Below, piece by piece: positions 1-8,950 of a DNA stretch of 32,551 nucleotides; position 1 is the first letter of the stretch, and the number at the start of each line of letters is the position of its first letter. The notes below the pieces were generated by a model, which did no database searches, was not told the origin of the DNA, and saw nothing but the letters and a program-made list of their open reading frames with translations. Origin of the DNA: a virus (Duplodnaviria > Heunggongvirae > Uroviricota > Caudoviricetes); IMG/VR virus record IMGVR_UViG_3300037587_000312, positions 1 through 32,551 of that record. One strand, 5' to 3'. A program made the translations under genes and the position numbers.

Positions 1-80
1 TGAAAGATTCTGACATCCCCCATCCTTACAGATATCCAATTGTGCGATATCCCCAGAAGAGATTGAGAAATTGTATTCAT
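1..80 (-). CDS. 5' part of a gene running off the window edge (MNTISQSSGDIAQLDICKDG...)
   Basis: ATG at 80 with a GGAG SD upstream; frame open to the window edge. Confidence 0.5.
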   Translation of the reverse strand, partial: MNTISQSLLGISHNWISVRMGDVRIF

Positions 81-113
81 GTAATAGAACTTCTCCTGTA
101 ATCTCTGGCATTG

Positions 114-311
114 TTACTCCTTAATACTTGGGTCTACACGGGCAAAGTGAATATTGCCGTACCAACGGGGTACTTCATTATCATCATAGATCTTATAACC
201 ATTCTCACCGATCTCTTCAACCATGTAAACACTTTCGTAGGTTAATTGGTCTTCGAATCCGTTTGCATCAATGCAAATTACATACATATTATTCATCTCC
301 TGTGTAAACAT
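114..311 (-). CDS. hypothetical protein
   Basis: 65 aa ORF overlapping the thyX stop, co-oriented with the operon. Confidence 0.7.
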   Translation of the reverse strand: MFTQEMNNMYVICIDANGFEDQLTYESVYMVEEIGENGYKIYDDNEVPRWYGNIHFARVDPSIKE

Positions 312-1227
312 GTCCTTTTATAAGCTGGCGATTCTGAATCCAACCCTTGAAATTACCTGACCAATAACCCCCATCAACCGAAACATGAGTAATACCGGCA
401 TCCATATGAGAAAAACTCAACTTATCCTCTTGGCAGGCCATCGGTGTCGCCTGATGCTCAAATGGACTAGCATGTACAGGTTTCATTGTCACCAACTGAT
501 CATAGATCTTAAGAGCTTTCTCTAGGCTCTCATCACTCTTACGATAACTCACTTGAGCACAAAGACTGGCAGAGAGTTTTATCTGCATCTCTAAGTCTAC
601 ACCTACACCCATATCAAGTATCCCTTTGATGGACTCTTTCACATAGGGTAAATGCCACTCACCAGCAGCCAATAATTCAGGCTCGCTCTGCTCTCTAGCC
701 TCTAACATTACCCTTGCCAGCTCAGCAATCTCAGGCTGTGCATCTGCATGGTTTCTGAGGTAAAAGAAATTCTCATACTCCGTAGCCGTGACAACCACCT
801 TAATGAACTGATATGGTTCAAGGATGCGGTTGACTATTTGTTTATGGTAACCAGCCAGATTGAGATGTTTAGCCATTGAAACTGCCTTTCCAGCAGCCTC
901 TCCCCAAGCCTCTTCACGAGTCACTGTAGTATCTGAGCGGATACTGATAACCCGCTCTGTGCATTCTTCCTTAGCCTGCATACCACTTTGATTCTTTCCC
1001 CAGTGAGTAGGTCTTGCTGGATTATTAAGCACTTGTTCAATCACCCTCTCCACAGGGATAGCTCTTGAGCTGGCAGCATTCCGACTGAACTGCCTATGGG
1101 TCATAAACTCGCTGTGGACATATCGGTGATACTCCAATTCAAAGGTTGTGATTCGTTGTCCAGCCTTTGATATTGAATCAGCAACCACCGTTGCCTTTAT
1201 ATTCCCTTTACCTTTAACTGTTTTCAA
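289..1227 (-). CDS. thyX: flavin-dependent thymidylate synthase (phage-type ThyX)
   Basis: THRQFSRNAASSR matches the ThyX RHRxxSxxxxSxR signature; HASPFEH motif. Start probably the TTG at 1227 overlapping the upstream TGA (track start 1239). Confidence 0.9.
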   Translation of the reverse strand: MKTVKGKGNIKATVVADSISKAGQRITTFELEYHRYVHSEFMTHRQFSRNAASSRAIPVERVIEQVLNNPARPTHWGKNQSGMQAKEECTERVISIRSDTTVTREEAWGEAAGKAVSMAKHLNLAGYHKQIVNRILEPYQFIKVVVTATEYENFFYLRNHADAQPEIAELARVMLEAREQSEPELLAAGEWHLPYVKESIKGILDMGVGVDLEMQIKLSASLCAQVSYRKSDESLEKALKIYDQLVTMKPVHASPFEHQATPMACQEDKLSFSHMDAGITHVSVDGGYWSGNFKGWIQNRQLIKGHVYTGDE

Positions 1228-1346
1228 AAGAATAACCAAATGCCAAATACCGCACCCGCATCCATACTAACCAATGATAAGTGGTGCATAGGGCAAGTCA
1301 TAAACCAACTACCCTTAGACTCTGTATTTACGTCATCTGTACTCAT
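1224..1346 (-). CDS. small hypothetical protein, 40 aa (MSTDDVNTESKGSWFMTCPMHHLSLVSMDAGAVFGIWLFF)
   Basis: Translated by hand; AGGAG SD; fills the gap before thyX with a TTGA overlap. Confidence 0.6.
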   Translation of the reverse strand: MSTDDVNTESKGSWFMTCPMHHLSLVSMDAGAVFGIWLFF

Positions 1347-1375
1347 ATTTTATCTCCTATTCAAACTTTTATATC

Positions 1376-1537
1376 TTACGAAGGGAATATAGTTAATATA
1401 GTTGCGATCAGCCCGATTGAAAGGATAACCCCGGCCCACAATGGTGCTGTTACCCACCACCAACTCCACGTAATTGTTTTTGTTAACTTCAACGCTAGGA
1501 ATAGTAGGAACAGTAGTCCTAAGAAACTTACACCCAT
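1376..1537 (-). CDS. small membrane protein, 53 aa (MGVSFLGLLFLLFLALKLTKTITWSWWWVTAPLW...)
   Basis: Translated by hand; AAGGAGG SD; LKLT...WSWWWV.APLW pattern recurs in phage membrane proteins. Confidence 0.75.
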   Translation of the reverse strand: MGVSFLGLLFLLFLALKLTKTITWSWWWVTAPLWAGVILSIGLIATILTIFPS

Positions 1538-1547
1538 ATCATCCTCC

Positions 1548-1802
1548 TTACTCAAATAAATTAGTAAATTTACTCTTTAGTGCAGCGCCTACAATGGTAT
1601 CTATCAGCTCATCCCCGTCATAAACAAAACATGTAGGGATTCCCCTAACACCAAACTTCACAGATAGTTCCTGTCCCTCGTCTGTATCAATATCTATGAT
1701 CTCTACTGACCAACCTTCTTTCTCAAGAGAGGGGAGAACTTCCCCCTTCAAAAGCTTACAGGGACCGCACCACGATGCACTAAAAACCTTAACCCGTTTC
1801 AT
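1548..1802 (-). CDS. thioredoxin
   Basis: WCGPC active site, GVRGIPT cis-Pro loop, 84 aa. Confidence 0.93.
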   Translation of the reverse strand: MKRVKVFSASWCGPCKLLKGEVLPSLEKEGWSVEIIDIDTDEGQELSVKFGVRGIPTCFVYDGDELIDTIVGAALKSKFTNLFE

Positions 1803-2407
1803 TTGTCCTCCTCTAACATTTCTAATCCACGTTCAGCACAACAGATGATCTCTTTTAAAAGGTCTTCCTTGTTATGCCCTTTTTCACTGCCACGTAAAGC
1901 CTTTTTAATGATATGTTCAATACAACCACCACCGACACTGTAAAGCTGGCAAATGCGGTAAGGATCGAGATTAATATGGATATAACCTATATCAGAATGC
2001 TCCCTGCCTACATTTACTCTATAACTGTAACGGTAATGCTTACCCTTATCCGTAGATCCCTTAGGCGGCTTGCATTTCGGCATCGGTACTCCTGAAAAGG
2101 CTTCTCTAATACTCTTTTGAACTTCTGGTGTGATCACCAGATCAGGACGAGTAACTGGACGAACAGATTCCTCAACCATAGATACCACATCAGAAACCGT
2201 CATGGTTTGGTAGTTTTCCCACAACTTATTATGTCCCTCAGAAAACTCAAACTCTAATTCCTCCTCCAGTTCCATTATAATCTCTACAACATCCAGCTCG
2301 TCTATTCCCAGATCTGATGATAAGATGTGGGTTAGTTGTACAAGGTGTGGTTTAACACCTGACCACTCACTGATTATACTAATCACGTTATCCTGTATTG
2401 GTCTCAT
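1799..2407 (-). CDS. acyl-carrier-protein-like N-terminal domain (Ser to Glu at the Ppant site) fused to a DUF3310-like phage domain
   Basis: Ungapped match by eye to AcpP: DLGIDELDVVEIIMELEEEL vs [20 protein letters not shown]. C-terminal KHY...DPY...EHIIKKALRG.EKG...EDLLKE. Confidence 0.75.
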   Translation of the reverse strand: MRPIQDNVISIISEWSGVKPHLVQLTHILSSDLGIDELDVVEIIMELEEELEFEFSEGHNKLWENYQTMTVSDVVSMVEESVRPVTRPDLVITPEVQKSIREAFSGVPMPKCKPPKGSTDKGKHYRYSYRVNVGREHSDIGYIHINLDPYRICQLYSVGGGCIEHIIKKALRGSEKGHNKEDLLKEIICCAERGLEMLEEDK

Positions 2408-2431
2408 ATTTCCTCCTTATTCCTTATATAG

Positions 2432-2460
2432 ATAATAACAAAATTCTCTTTTAAAGTCAA
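2432..2460 (-). promoter_or_regulatory. sigma70-type promoter for the ACP-like/thioredoxin/thyX genes
   Basis: TTGACT-17 nt-TATTAT with a TGn extended -10. Confidence 0.75.
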
Positions 2461-2759
2461 GCCTTTTCCTTCTTATCCCAGTGATATATTCGCTTGGTTA
2501 GCCATTCATGGCAGGACATTGAAATGATACATCCAATACCACCACCAGTCCCTATTATAAGGGCTAGGATGAACGCTGCGCCCATCCCTTGATCAATGAA
2601 GGTGGTGACAAACAATCCTGTATTAAACATCTCTGTGCATGCCATGCCGTAGCTCACAGGCATAACCAGCGCCTTTCTCTTATACTGGACGTTCTGTTGT
2701 TGGAATGCCCTTAAAAAGACAAACGTAAACGATAAAAGAAAGGCTACTAGGTATATCAT
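2457..2759 (-). CDS. hypothetical membrane protein
   Basis: 100 aa with about 3 hydrophobic segments. Confidence 0.75.
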   Translation of the reverse strand: MIYLVAFLLSFTFVFLRAFQQQNVQYKRKALVMPVSYGMACTEMFNTGLFVTTFIDQGMGAAFILALIIGTGGGIGCIISMSCHEWLTKRIYHWDKKEKA

Positions 2760-2768
2760 CTTATTTCC

Positions 2769-3713
2769 TTATGCTGTGTTCATCTGGATGGTTTCTCGTT
2801 TCTCCTTTGACAGGAGATTAGTTCTGTCTCTAGATTCAGCCCCACAATTAGTACACTTGTACCGCTGGAACTTACTCAGTTGGGTATAATGATAGCCATC
2901 ACGGACCAGATCAGTACTACCACAACGACACTTAGTCTCTAGGCTATCACTATAGAGATTGAAATTCGGGTGGCGCTTATCCCAAGCAGCAATCTTATAA
3001 TACAGCTCTTCCAGAGACAGTACATCATACTTATTGTATTTCTCCATCTCCTCCCATGCTTCAAGGTTATCAGCTAGGCATTCTTTCCACAAGTAAAATC
3101 CGTGGAATTTTCCGTGGGTCAACTTCTTATACTTGGTACACAACTTATCTGTCATATACTCAAGCTTATTCGAAGTGAATGAGAAAATACTCTTGGCAAT
3201 GAGCAGTGTATCAATATGCTTGTAAGAGCTTGGTGGCTGGAATCCGTTAAGAACAAGCCGCGCATTGATCTTTTTACTGTCAAAGGACTTACCATTCTGA
3301 GTGATCAGAATATCAGCTTCATCCAACAGTTTCCATAAACTCCGTAACAAATGTGAATCATCTTCCTCTGCTACAATCCCCCTGAGGTCTTCGTACATAA
3401 TTTCTTCAGGTGATGCACCTAACCATTTGGCAGAGTACGAAAGGATAAACCAATCATTAATGATCTGATTAAGCCCTACATTCTGCTTCCACAGACTCCA
3501 CACAGCACCAGCAATAGGTGCAGTCTCAATATCCAATAGCAATACCTTAGGAAGATCCTTAGGTGCCTCATAAGACCCTGAGGTTTGAACATCAAACACT
3601 TTACGCAAATAATCACTAACCGTTGATCTAGGTTTGTCAATTGCTATAGCGACTTTTCTCCAAGACATTCCGGTAAGTGCCAGTTTTACAGCTTCATCTT
3701 TCCAATTACTCAA
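2769..3713 (-). CDS. DnaQ/RNase H-like 3'-5' exonuclease with N-terminal HTH and C-terminal Zn ribbon
   Basis: ExoI LLDIET, ExoII NGKSFD, ExoIII YNKYDV; HTH-like SWRKVA...RSTVSDYL; CRC...CTNC. Confidence 0.85.
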   Translation of the reverse strand: MSNWKDEAVKLALTGMSWRKVAIAIDKPRSTVSDYLRKVFDVQTSGSYEAPKDLPKVLLLDIETAPIAGAVWSLWKQNVGLNQIINDWFILSYSAKWLGASPEEIMYEDLRGIVAEEDDSHLLRSLWKLLDEADILITQNGKSFDSKKINARLVLNGFQPPSSYKHIDTLLIAKSIFSFTSNKLEYMTDKLCTKYKKLTHGKFHGFYLWKECLADNLEAWEEMEKYNKYDVLSLEELYYKIAAWDKRHPNFNLYSDSLETKCRCGSTDLVRDGYHYTQLSKFQRYKCTNCGAESRDRTNLLSKEKRETIQMNTA

Positions 3714-4039
3714 ACTTTAATTCCTCGGTTATCTAAAATTATTTGGATAAATTCTTCTCTTGTATGACCTGAAAGTTCAAGTAAATACTCAAGAATATCC
3801 TCATCCCTTACTACAGATTCAGAACAACAACTGCATTCTTTTGGTGTATTTTCTCCAAAATAGTTTATTAGATCCTTCTCAGTAACTGCACCATATTTCT
3901 CAATTGTGGTATCCCTACAATCACCACATAAATAGCCTTCACAACCACCACACATCCCCCAATCACCGTGATCGGAGAATGTCTCTCCACAATCAATGCA
4001 GGTATAATAATCTACTCCCATATTACTTCCTCTTATCAT
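3710..4039 (-). CDS. Cys-rich putative Zn-binding protein
   Basis: CIDC, CGGC, CGDC and CSCC motifs. Confidence 0.7.
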   Translation of the reverse strand: MIRGSNMGVDYYTCIDCGETFSDHGDWGMCGGCEGYLCGDCRDTTIEKYGAVTEKDLINYFGENTPKECSCCSESVVRDEDILEYLLELSGHTREEFIQIILDNRGIKV

Positions 4040-4535
4040 TAAAATATAATGGTACGATCACTTTGTCCACGTAAAGGTTAATAGCATCTCTCTTTAATTT
4101 AATCAATGTGGTATCAATCCCCTCTTCTCTCAATTTACTCAGGATGGTAACTAACCTCCACCTCTTAAGTCTTTTCCTCCACATATCAACCTCTGTGTGG
4201 TGTAGAGGGTTATTAGAAAAATCTTGGTCCATATAGTCGGCACAATTCCTGAGGAATTCACTAAATGTTAAGTGGGTATTTTTATTGCCATACTTGTTCC
4301 AGTATTTTTCCAAACGCCCTAAAAGCATATTACTTGTATTACTTAAAACACCTCTTACTCGACCACACTCAGAATTATCCTCCCCTTTACGGGGGATATC
4401 ATGAGAATGGTCAAGACAGGATCTTGTTTTCGTATTCGTATCTAAAGGAACTTCAAAGAGTGGACATATTCCGTCTACTTTCTCTTTCTCCTTATCACGA
4501 TAATCTTTTATTTGGCTCTTCTTTAATATCTTCAC
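4023..4535 (-). CDS. T4 endonuclease VII-like nuclease
   Basis: LDHSH...GRVRGVLSNTSN..LG aligns with T4 gp49 LDHDH...GKVRGLLCNLCN; C-terminal helical region is similar. Confidence 0.8.
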   Translation of the reverse strand: MKILKKSQIKDYRDKEKEKVDGICPLFEVPLDTNTKTRSCLDHSHDIPRKGEDNSECGRVRGVLSNTSNMLLGRLEKYWNKYGNKNTHLTFSEFLRNCADYMDQDFSNNPLHHTEVDMWRKRLKRWRLVTILSKLREEGIDTTLIKLKRDAINLYVDKVIVPLYFNDKRK

Positions 4536-5134
4536 TGAAGTTTCTTATGAAAATAGAGACCTAGTAAGAATGAATCAGCTGCATCATCTAATCCGGCACT
4601 CTTTCCACTCATCTTCAGTCCCTCTAAGAAAGGACTACCACCAGCATGAATAGCAGCTTCAACCATCTTCTTCTTATCCATTTTAACCAGCTTCGGCTTA
4701 CCTGCTTTAGTAAAACCGTCAAACTGTTCATCTTCTGGTAAGAACTTTCTGGCAAAAGCTTTCAAGGTTGTCGGTGTAACCTTATAGATGTTATTTACGT
4801 CAATCCCCGAAGTAGAAATTAATCTCTCAACTAAGGCTCCATAAAGGCAGGCTAGGTCTCGAGTTGCATTACCTACACTACCGAAAGAGAGTGATTCGAA
4901 AATAACTTCACTAGCACCCCAACCATTAACAACAGAATGAAGCTCACTTGCTAAGAAATGGATCTGCTCCTCAGTTGTGTCGAAATAAGTAACTCCTTCA
5001 TACTTAGTTTTAACCTTGGCGTTACCAGATTTAAATATTCCACTCTCAAGGGCTTCCCCTTTAGACCAGATAGTCCAAGCACATTTGCCAAGACTCTGGT
5101 CTACAGATAGTACATTAGTCATATGTAATCTCAA
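4532..5134 (-). CDS. RuvC-like (RNase H fold) Holliday junction resolvase
   Basis: VLSVDQS, VIFES and DDAADS carry the acidic catalytic residues in RuvC spacing. Confidence 0.75.
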   Translation of the reverse strand: MRLHMTNVLSVDQSLGKCAWTIWSKGEALESGIFKSGNAKVKTKYEGVTYFDTTEEQIHFLASELHSVVNGWGASEVIFESLSFGSVGNATRDLACLYGALVERLISTSGIDVNNIYKVTPTTLKAFARKFLPEDEQFDGFTKAGKPKLVKMDKKKMVEAAIHAGGSPFLEGLKMSGKSAGLDDAADSFLLGLYFHKKLQ

Positions 5135-6218
5135 ATTTATCTAGAACTTTTCGGACATCTAAACTATCATCTTTCCATCGCTGCATAAATGCACAAGTAG
5201 CCTGCATCTGCATCCACTCGACAGGTTTAATATCCATCTCAGTCTTCTCCCACGCCTCATACTGAAGTCCAGTTGGGAACCAATCATGGTAGACCTCTAC
5301 GATTCTTTCCCAATATTCTTTATCGGTTTTACAATCAACGAGGTCATCAAAAGCTGATTTCTTACCATACCCCTTTATCAAGCCATCTGTGGGACTATAC
5401 CCATCAGTTGGATCTCCGAAAAGAATCTGATAATAAAGCCAAGCTCTTCCGTGTCCTTTTGGTTCACCCTTTGGTGTCAGGTATAACTCACCTAGTCCAT
5501 TAATAATCAATGGTTCAGGATAAACAAACTTACCACCAGAACTAGTTGTTGGGTTATTCAATTGACCATCTGTGCTCCGTGCATCTTTATCCACACAGGA
5601 TACAATGGTTGTATGTTTGCCCGTTTCCAAGAAACCAAGATGACCATTATATTGATAGATTGACAGTTGATCGTCAGCTTCAATACCTGTACAGACTTCA
5701 GCTTTCTTAATATTAGTTAAATACTCTCGAGTTTCATTCAGCAAAAGAGGCTTATGAGATCCTTCACGGTTCCATTTATACTTCTTCGGCATTAGAAGTT
5801 TATGACGGAAATTCTCCCCTGTACCCATAACAATGTGGGTCTTTTGCTGACCCAAATGTTTCTCAATGCTCTTGATTTTCTGCTTAACTGAATGAAGACA
5901 ATTCTCAATAGAGTCTGCCTCATATTTCTCTTCGAGAATGAATTCCTTTAATTCAAAAGGTTTCTGGTCTCTCTCTACCCTACTCTTATTCAAATCCCCG
6001 AGCCAACCACCAAGAGTCTTCTTGCTACGACCTTGGAACTCAGTTTTATTCTTAAAGATTTTCTCCGTCTTACTTGGTTTGTGTGTAACGACAACAGTTT
6101 TCTTTTCACAAGCCGCAGCTATCACAAAGGATAACATATCTCCATCAGCGTAATGAGTTCGATCTTCTTCTATTGCATCTTCATCTACATATACTTCTCG
6201 TTGTGCTCTAGGTTTCAT
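5115..6218 (-). CDS. 5'-3' exonuclease / flap endonuclease (T7 gp6/T5-like)
   Basis: YADGD, GENFR, GIEADD, VDKD and GDPTDGY motifs. Confidence 0.88.
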   Translation of the reverse strand: MKPRAQREVYVDEDAIEEDRTHYADGDMLSFVIAAACEKKTVVVTHKPSKTEKIFKNKTEFQGRSKKTLGGWLGDLNKSRVERDQKPFELKEFILEEKYEADSIENCLHSVKQKIKSIEKHLGQQKTHIVMGTGENFRHKLLMPKKYKWNREGSHKPLLLNETREYLTNIKKAEVCTGIEADDQLSIYQYNGHLGFLETGKHTTIVSCVDKDARSTDGQLNNPTTSSGGKFVYPEPLIINGLGELYLTPKGEPKGHGRAWLYYQILFGDPTDGYSPTDGLIKGYGKKSAFDDLVDCKTDKEYWERIVEVYHDWFPTGLQYEAWEKTEMDIKPVEWMQMQATCAFMQRWKDDSLDVRKVLDKFEITYD

Positions 6219-6516
6219 ATTGTTCTAAATACCCCATATATTTTCCTCCTACAGTTAGTACCTCTTGCTGTATGCAAGGATGGTAATAACATTTGATATC
6301 ACTAATCTCACAAGATAGATCTTCAGCGATGATCCTCAGTATGACAGGATCTATGTCTACGACATTATTGTCACTGTAATAATCTTCGATTCCATCTCTG
6401 ACTAACTTATCTTGCATTCTCCTCTCCTCGAATATCCAAGCAGGAACAACTGCCCACAAATTGATCGGGGGCAGTTTAGGCTCAAACATATCCTCAGGTT
6501 TGCTATTTATCGCCAT
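6208..6516 (-). CDS. hypothetical protein
   Basis: 102 aa, overlaps both neighbours in the operon. Confidence 0.7.
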   Translation of the reverse strand: MAINSKPEDMFEPKLPPINLWAVVPAWIFEERRMQDKLVRDGIEDYYSDNNVVDIDPVILRIIAEDLSCEISDIKCYYHPCIQQEVLTVGGKYMGYLEQYET

Positions 6517-6722
6517 AATCGGGCGAAGGTAACACTACCAGTAAATGGATCAACTGCCACCACAAACTCGTTCAGACCCTCAGTTGGACTATCAATCTGA
6601 ACAATAACACCCTGTGTAAGAGGATCTCTCTGATAAGTGATAGTCGCATCAGGATCAACTTCAAAAACCTCCTCTTGCAGCTTAATCTGAAACTCCTTAA
6701 ACTTCTCTTCAAGATCCTCCAT
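6507..6722 (-). CDS. hypothetical protein
   Basis: 71 aa acidic ORF in the operon. Confidence 0.7.
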   Translation of the reverse strand: MEDLEEKFKEFQIKLQEEVFEVDPDATITYQRDPLTQGVIVQIDSPTEGLNEFVVAVDPFTGSVTFARLWR

Positions 6723-6725
6723 GAT

Positions 6726-6905
6726 CTACCAAGCCCCGAACCAAGCACCTGTTCCATGCACAAGTGCAATAGGGAAGAAAATAGCTCCTACAATAAGGAA
6801 TCCCCATGTTGCGGCTTTAATACAAACTATAATATGGGTCAGCCAAGCTGCAATTACCCAAATCACCAACCCAACACACACCCAAAAACCTGTATCTGAA
6901 TTCAT
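6726..6905 (-). CDS. small membrane protein (MNSDTGFWVCVGL...)
   Basis: Two hydrophobic segments; start moved to the ATG at 6905, which has a purine-rich SD. Confidence 0.7.
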   Translation of the reverse strand: MNSDTGFWVCVGLVIWVIAAWLTHIIVCIKAATWGFLIVGAIFFPIALVHGTGAWFGAW

Positions 6906-6915
6906 AAACTCTCTC

Positions 6916-7200
6916 TTATTTATTATACTTCGCAATAATCTCTGAATTAGCAATGATATCTTCGATATCTTTCACCTGTTCAGGTAGTTTAGCTTGATCA
7001 TAGAAATGATTGATATATTTATTGGAGACTGCCGATGGCATCCCAAATAGGTCATTCAGATCCTCTTGGACAGTCTTAATATCCTCTTTCTGAACATCAA
7101 TCTCTTGTTTATACTTGACAGCCTCTTTAATCAAAGCCATCATCTTCTTCTGGTCCTCAATGCCACTGGGCATTATGAATTCTGCTTTCTCTTTAGCCAT
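6916..7200 (-). CDS. T4 DsbA-like / GapR-like dsDNA-binding protein
   Basis: MAKEKAEF...ALIKEAVKYKQEI...DIK...FGM pattern resembles T4 DsbA by eye. Confidence 0.6.
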   Translation of the reverse strand: MAKEKAEFIMPSGIEDQKKMMALIKEAVKYKQEIDVQKEDIKTVQEDLNDLFGMPSAVSNKYINHFYDQAKLPEQVKDIEDIIANSEIIAKYNK

Positions 7201-7209
7201 TATCTCCTC

Positions 7210-7422
7210 CTAACTTGAAATTTCAAATACCTGAACAGCCTCTGGCCATTCACCCTCTTCACCCGCATCAAGTACTTCGATATTATACGTATCTATCTCC
7301 TTGACCCAGATTGGCTCGGCTGACCAAGCTTTCTCAATACTCTGCCCATGATCAGCACAGATAACAACCTCCATATCATCTGGACAGTTAATCAATTGAG
7401 CTTTCAGTTCACCTACATTCAT
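7210..7422 (-). CDS. hypothetical protein
   Basis: MNVGELKAQL...PDDMEVVI N-terminus common in phage small proteins. Confidence 0.7.
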   Translation of the reverse strand: MNVGELKAQLINCPDDMEVVICADHGQSIEKAWSAEPIWVKEIDTYNIEVLDAGEEGEWPEAVQVFEISS

Positions 7423-7424
7423 AC

Positions 7425-8204
7425 TTAGTCCTCATCATCGTAAAGCTTATTGATGTATTTACTACCCGCACTTCTTTGGTTATCATCACGGGTCATCTTA
7501 ATGTACCCAAATACACCGCCATCACGAGGGATTCGAATACCTTGCCACTCGAGTGTTGCTCTTTGGATCAAGTCAGTAAATCCATCTACACGATTAGAGA
7601 TAGCATATCGCTGGTTAGCATCACCCAGAATGATATACTTTGTATACTTACCACACCGCTCCAGTAATAGTTTCGTGGTTTGTGGTGACATCAATTGATT
7701 TTCATCTATAATAACGATACTATGATCCAGTGTAGCTCCTAACAAGAAGTTAGGAATAAGCAATTGGATCTTTTTACCAAGATCACACTCAAGCTTCTGT
7801 GGGGATATGAAATTGTTAAAGATCCCTTTGGTTGATGCATAATGTGCCTGCAATTTATCTTGCTCATCACCAGAGAGGAATCCAATTTTATCATCCCCAA
7901 CCTCAGTCGGATTCTTTATGAAGATCAGTTTGTGGTAGTTGCTCGATCTTAGCTCCAAGAGGGCTTTCCACAGGGCTACGCTTGTCTTACCTGAACCAGA
8001 GGGTCCATCTACAATAGTAAAAGTATTTGAGTCTATAGACTCTATAATTTCATTTTGAAGACCTCTTGGTTCAAACCAACCTAGATTCCAGTCATTACCA
8101 AATTCACGTTTCTGTTGATCCTCTTGCAACTGCTGCTCTCCTCTAAGTTGACGGGATACGTGCTTATTTTCAGGATTTTTCTGACTTCTTTTACTGCGCA
8201 TCAC
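7425..8204 (-). CDS. phoH: PhoH-like ATPase
   Basis: Walker A GPSGSGKT; IGFLSGD; IIDENQ; GDANQ. Confidence 0.92.
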   Translation of the reverse strand: MMRSKRSQKNPENKHVSRQLRGEQQLQEDQQKREFGNDWNLGWFEPRGLQNEIIESIDSNTFTIVDGPSGSGKTSVALWKALLELRSSNYHKLIFIKNPTEVGDDKIGFLSGDEQDKLQAHYASTKGIFNNFISPQKLECDLGKKIQLLIPNFLLGATLDHSIVIIDENQLMSPQTTKLLLERCGKYTKYIILGDANQRYAISNRVDGFTDLIQRATLEWQGIRIPRDGGVFGYIKMTRDDNQRSAGSKYINKLYDDED

Positions 8205-8210
8205 TATTCC

Positions 8211-8687
8211 TTATACGTTAAAGATATTAATACCATTTTTATTATTACGTGTAGCTATATGGACCCAAGTGATTGTTGGTCCTTCTTCAATGGTTATTGA
8301 TTCAACCCCAGTTTCATTCTTCATCCTTTCCCAATTATCCTTTATATATTGGCGAACATAGAATGCATCGTGGTTTCTGAATTTAAGATCTAAAGCATTG
8401 CCTAGTGCGTGGTCGCTATACGGGCTGTATTTCTTGTTCCCACTGCTACTAGGCTGAACCTCATCCCAACGTGCTGTTCTGAGACCAGACCACTCAAATA
8501 CTGCATGAGTATTCTCATCCTGTCGCCAATGCCAATCATTGCAGGTAACAGCACCTAGATTAACCCTAAGCCAGTCTGCAACTTTGAGCAACAAAGGATC
8601 GAAGAATCTATAACTAGCCTCTCCGAACCTGTTGTATGTTTCCCTGTCAACTATTTCATAAGCTTTCAGGTATTCTGATTTATACAT
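8211..8687 (-). CDS. peptidase M15 family endolysin
   Basis: SGLR, SDHALGNALD and WVHIA are the Zn-peptidase ligands of M15. Confidence 0.85.
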   Translation of the reverse strand: MYKSEYLKAYEIVDRETYNRFGEASYRFFDPLLLKVADWLRVNLGAVTCNDWHWRQDENTHAVFEWSGLRTARWDEVQPSSSGNKKYSPYSDHALGNALDLKFRNHDAFYVRQYIKDNWERMKNETGVESITIEEGPTITWVHIATRNNKNGINIFNV

Positions 8688-8950
8688 TAAAGTGTATTCC
8701 CTTTGCAGGTGTATTCCGGTGGTATGGGAAACATAATCCGCTTATCGAATTCTTTCCATCCAATCGTGAACATATAAAAACAAGGCTCTGCAACCTTTTC
8801 AAACTTAGACATTGTTGCAGGGTGTAGTATCTTATCGATCTCTTCGAGAGTATAAAGTTTCTCTTGTTTCGGTTCTACAACAGGCACTGGTGGATTTGAA
8901 ACACATGCAGTAACCCATATAAGACTAATTGCCAGTAGAATCTTTTTCAT
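8687..8950 (-). CDS. putative lipoprotein
   Basis: Signal peptide MKKILLAISLIWVTA-C with lipobox; coupled to the endolysin gene. Confidence 0.7.
   Translation of the reverse strand: MKKILLAISLIWVTACVSNPPVPVVEPKQEKLYTLEEIDKILHPATMSKFEKVAEPCFYMFTIGWKEFDKRIMFPIPPEYTCKGNTL

Noticed and set aside
1281-1559. 92 aa plus-strand ORF in the track
   Set aside because: Antisense to two minus-strand small genes that have strong SDs
8687-8950. Unimolecular spanin
   Set aside because: Lipobox present but no C-terminal TM segment, and no adjacent i-spanin-like gene; kept as a generic lipoprotein
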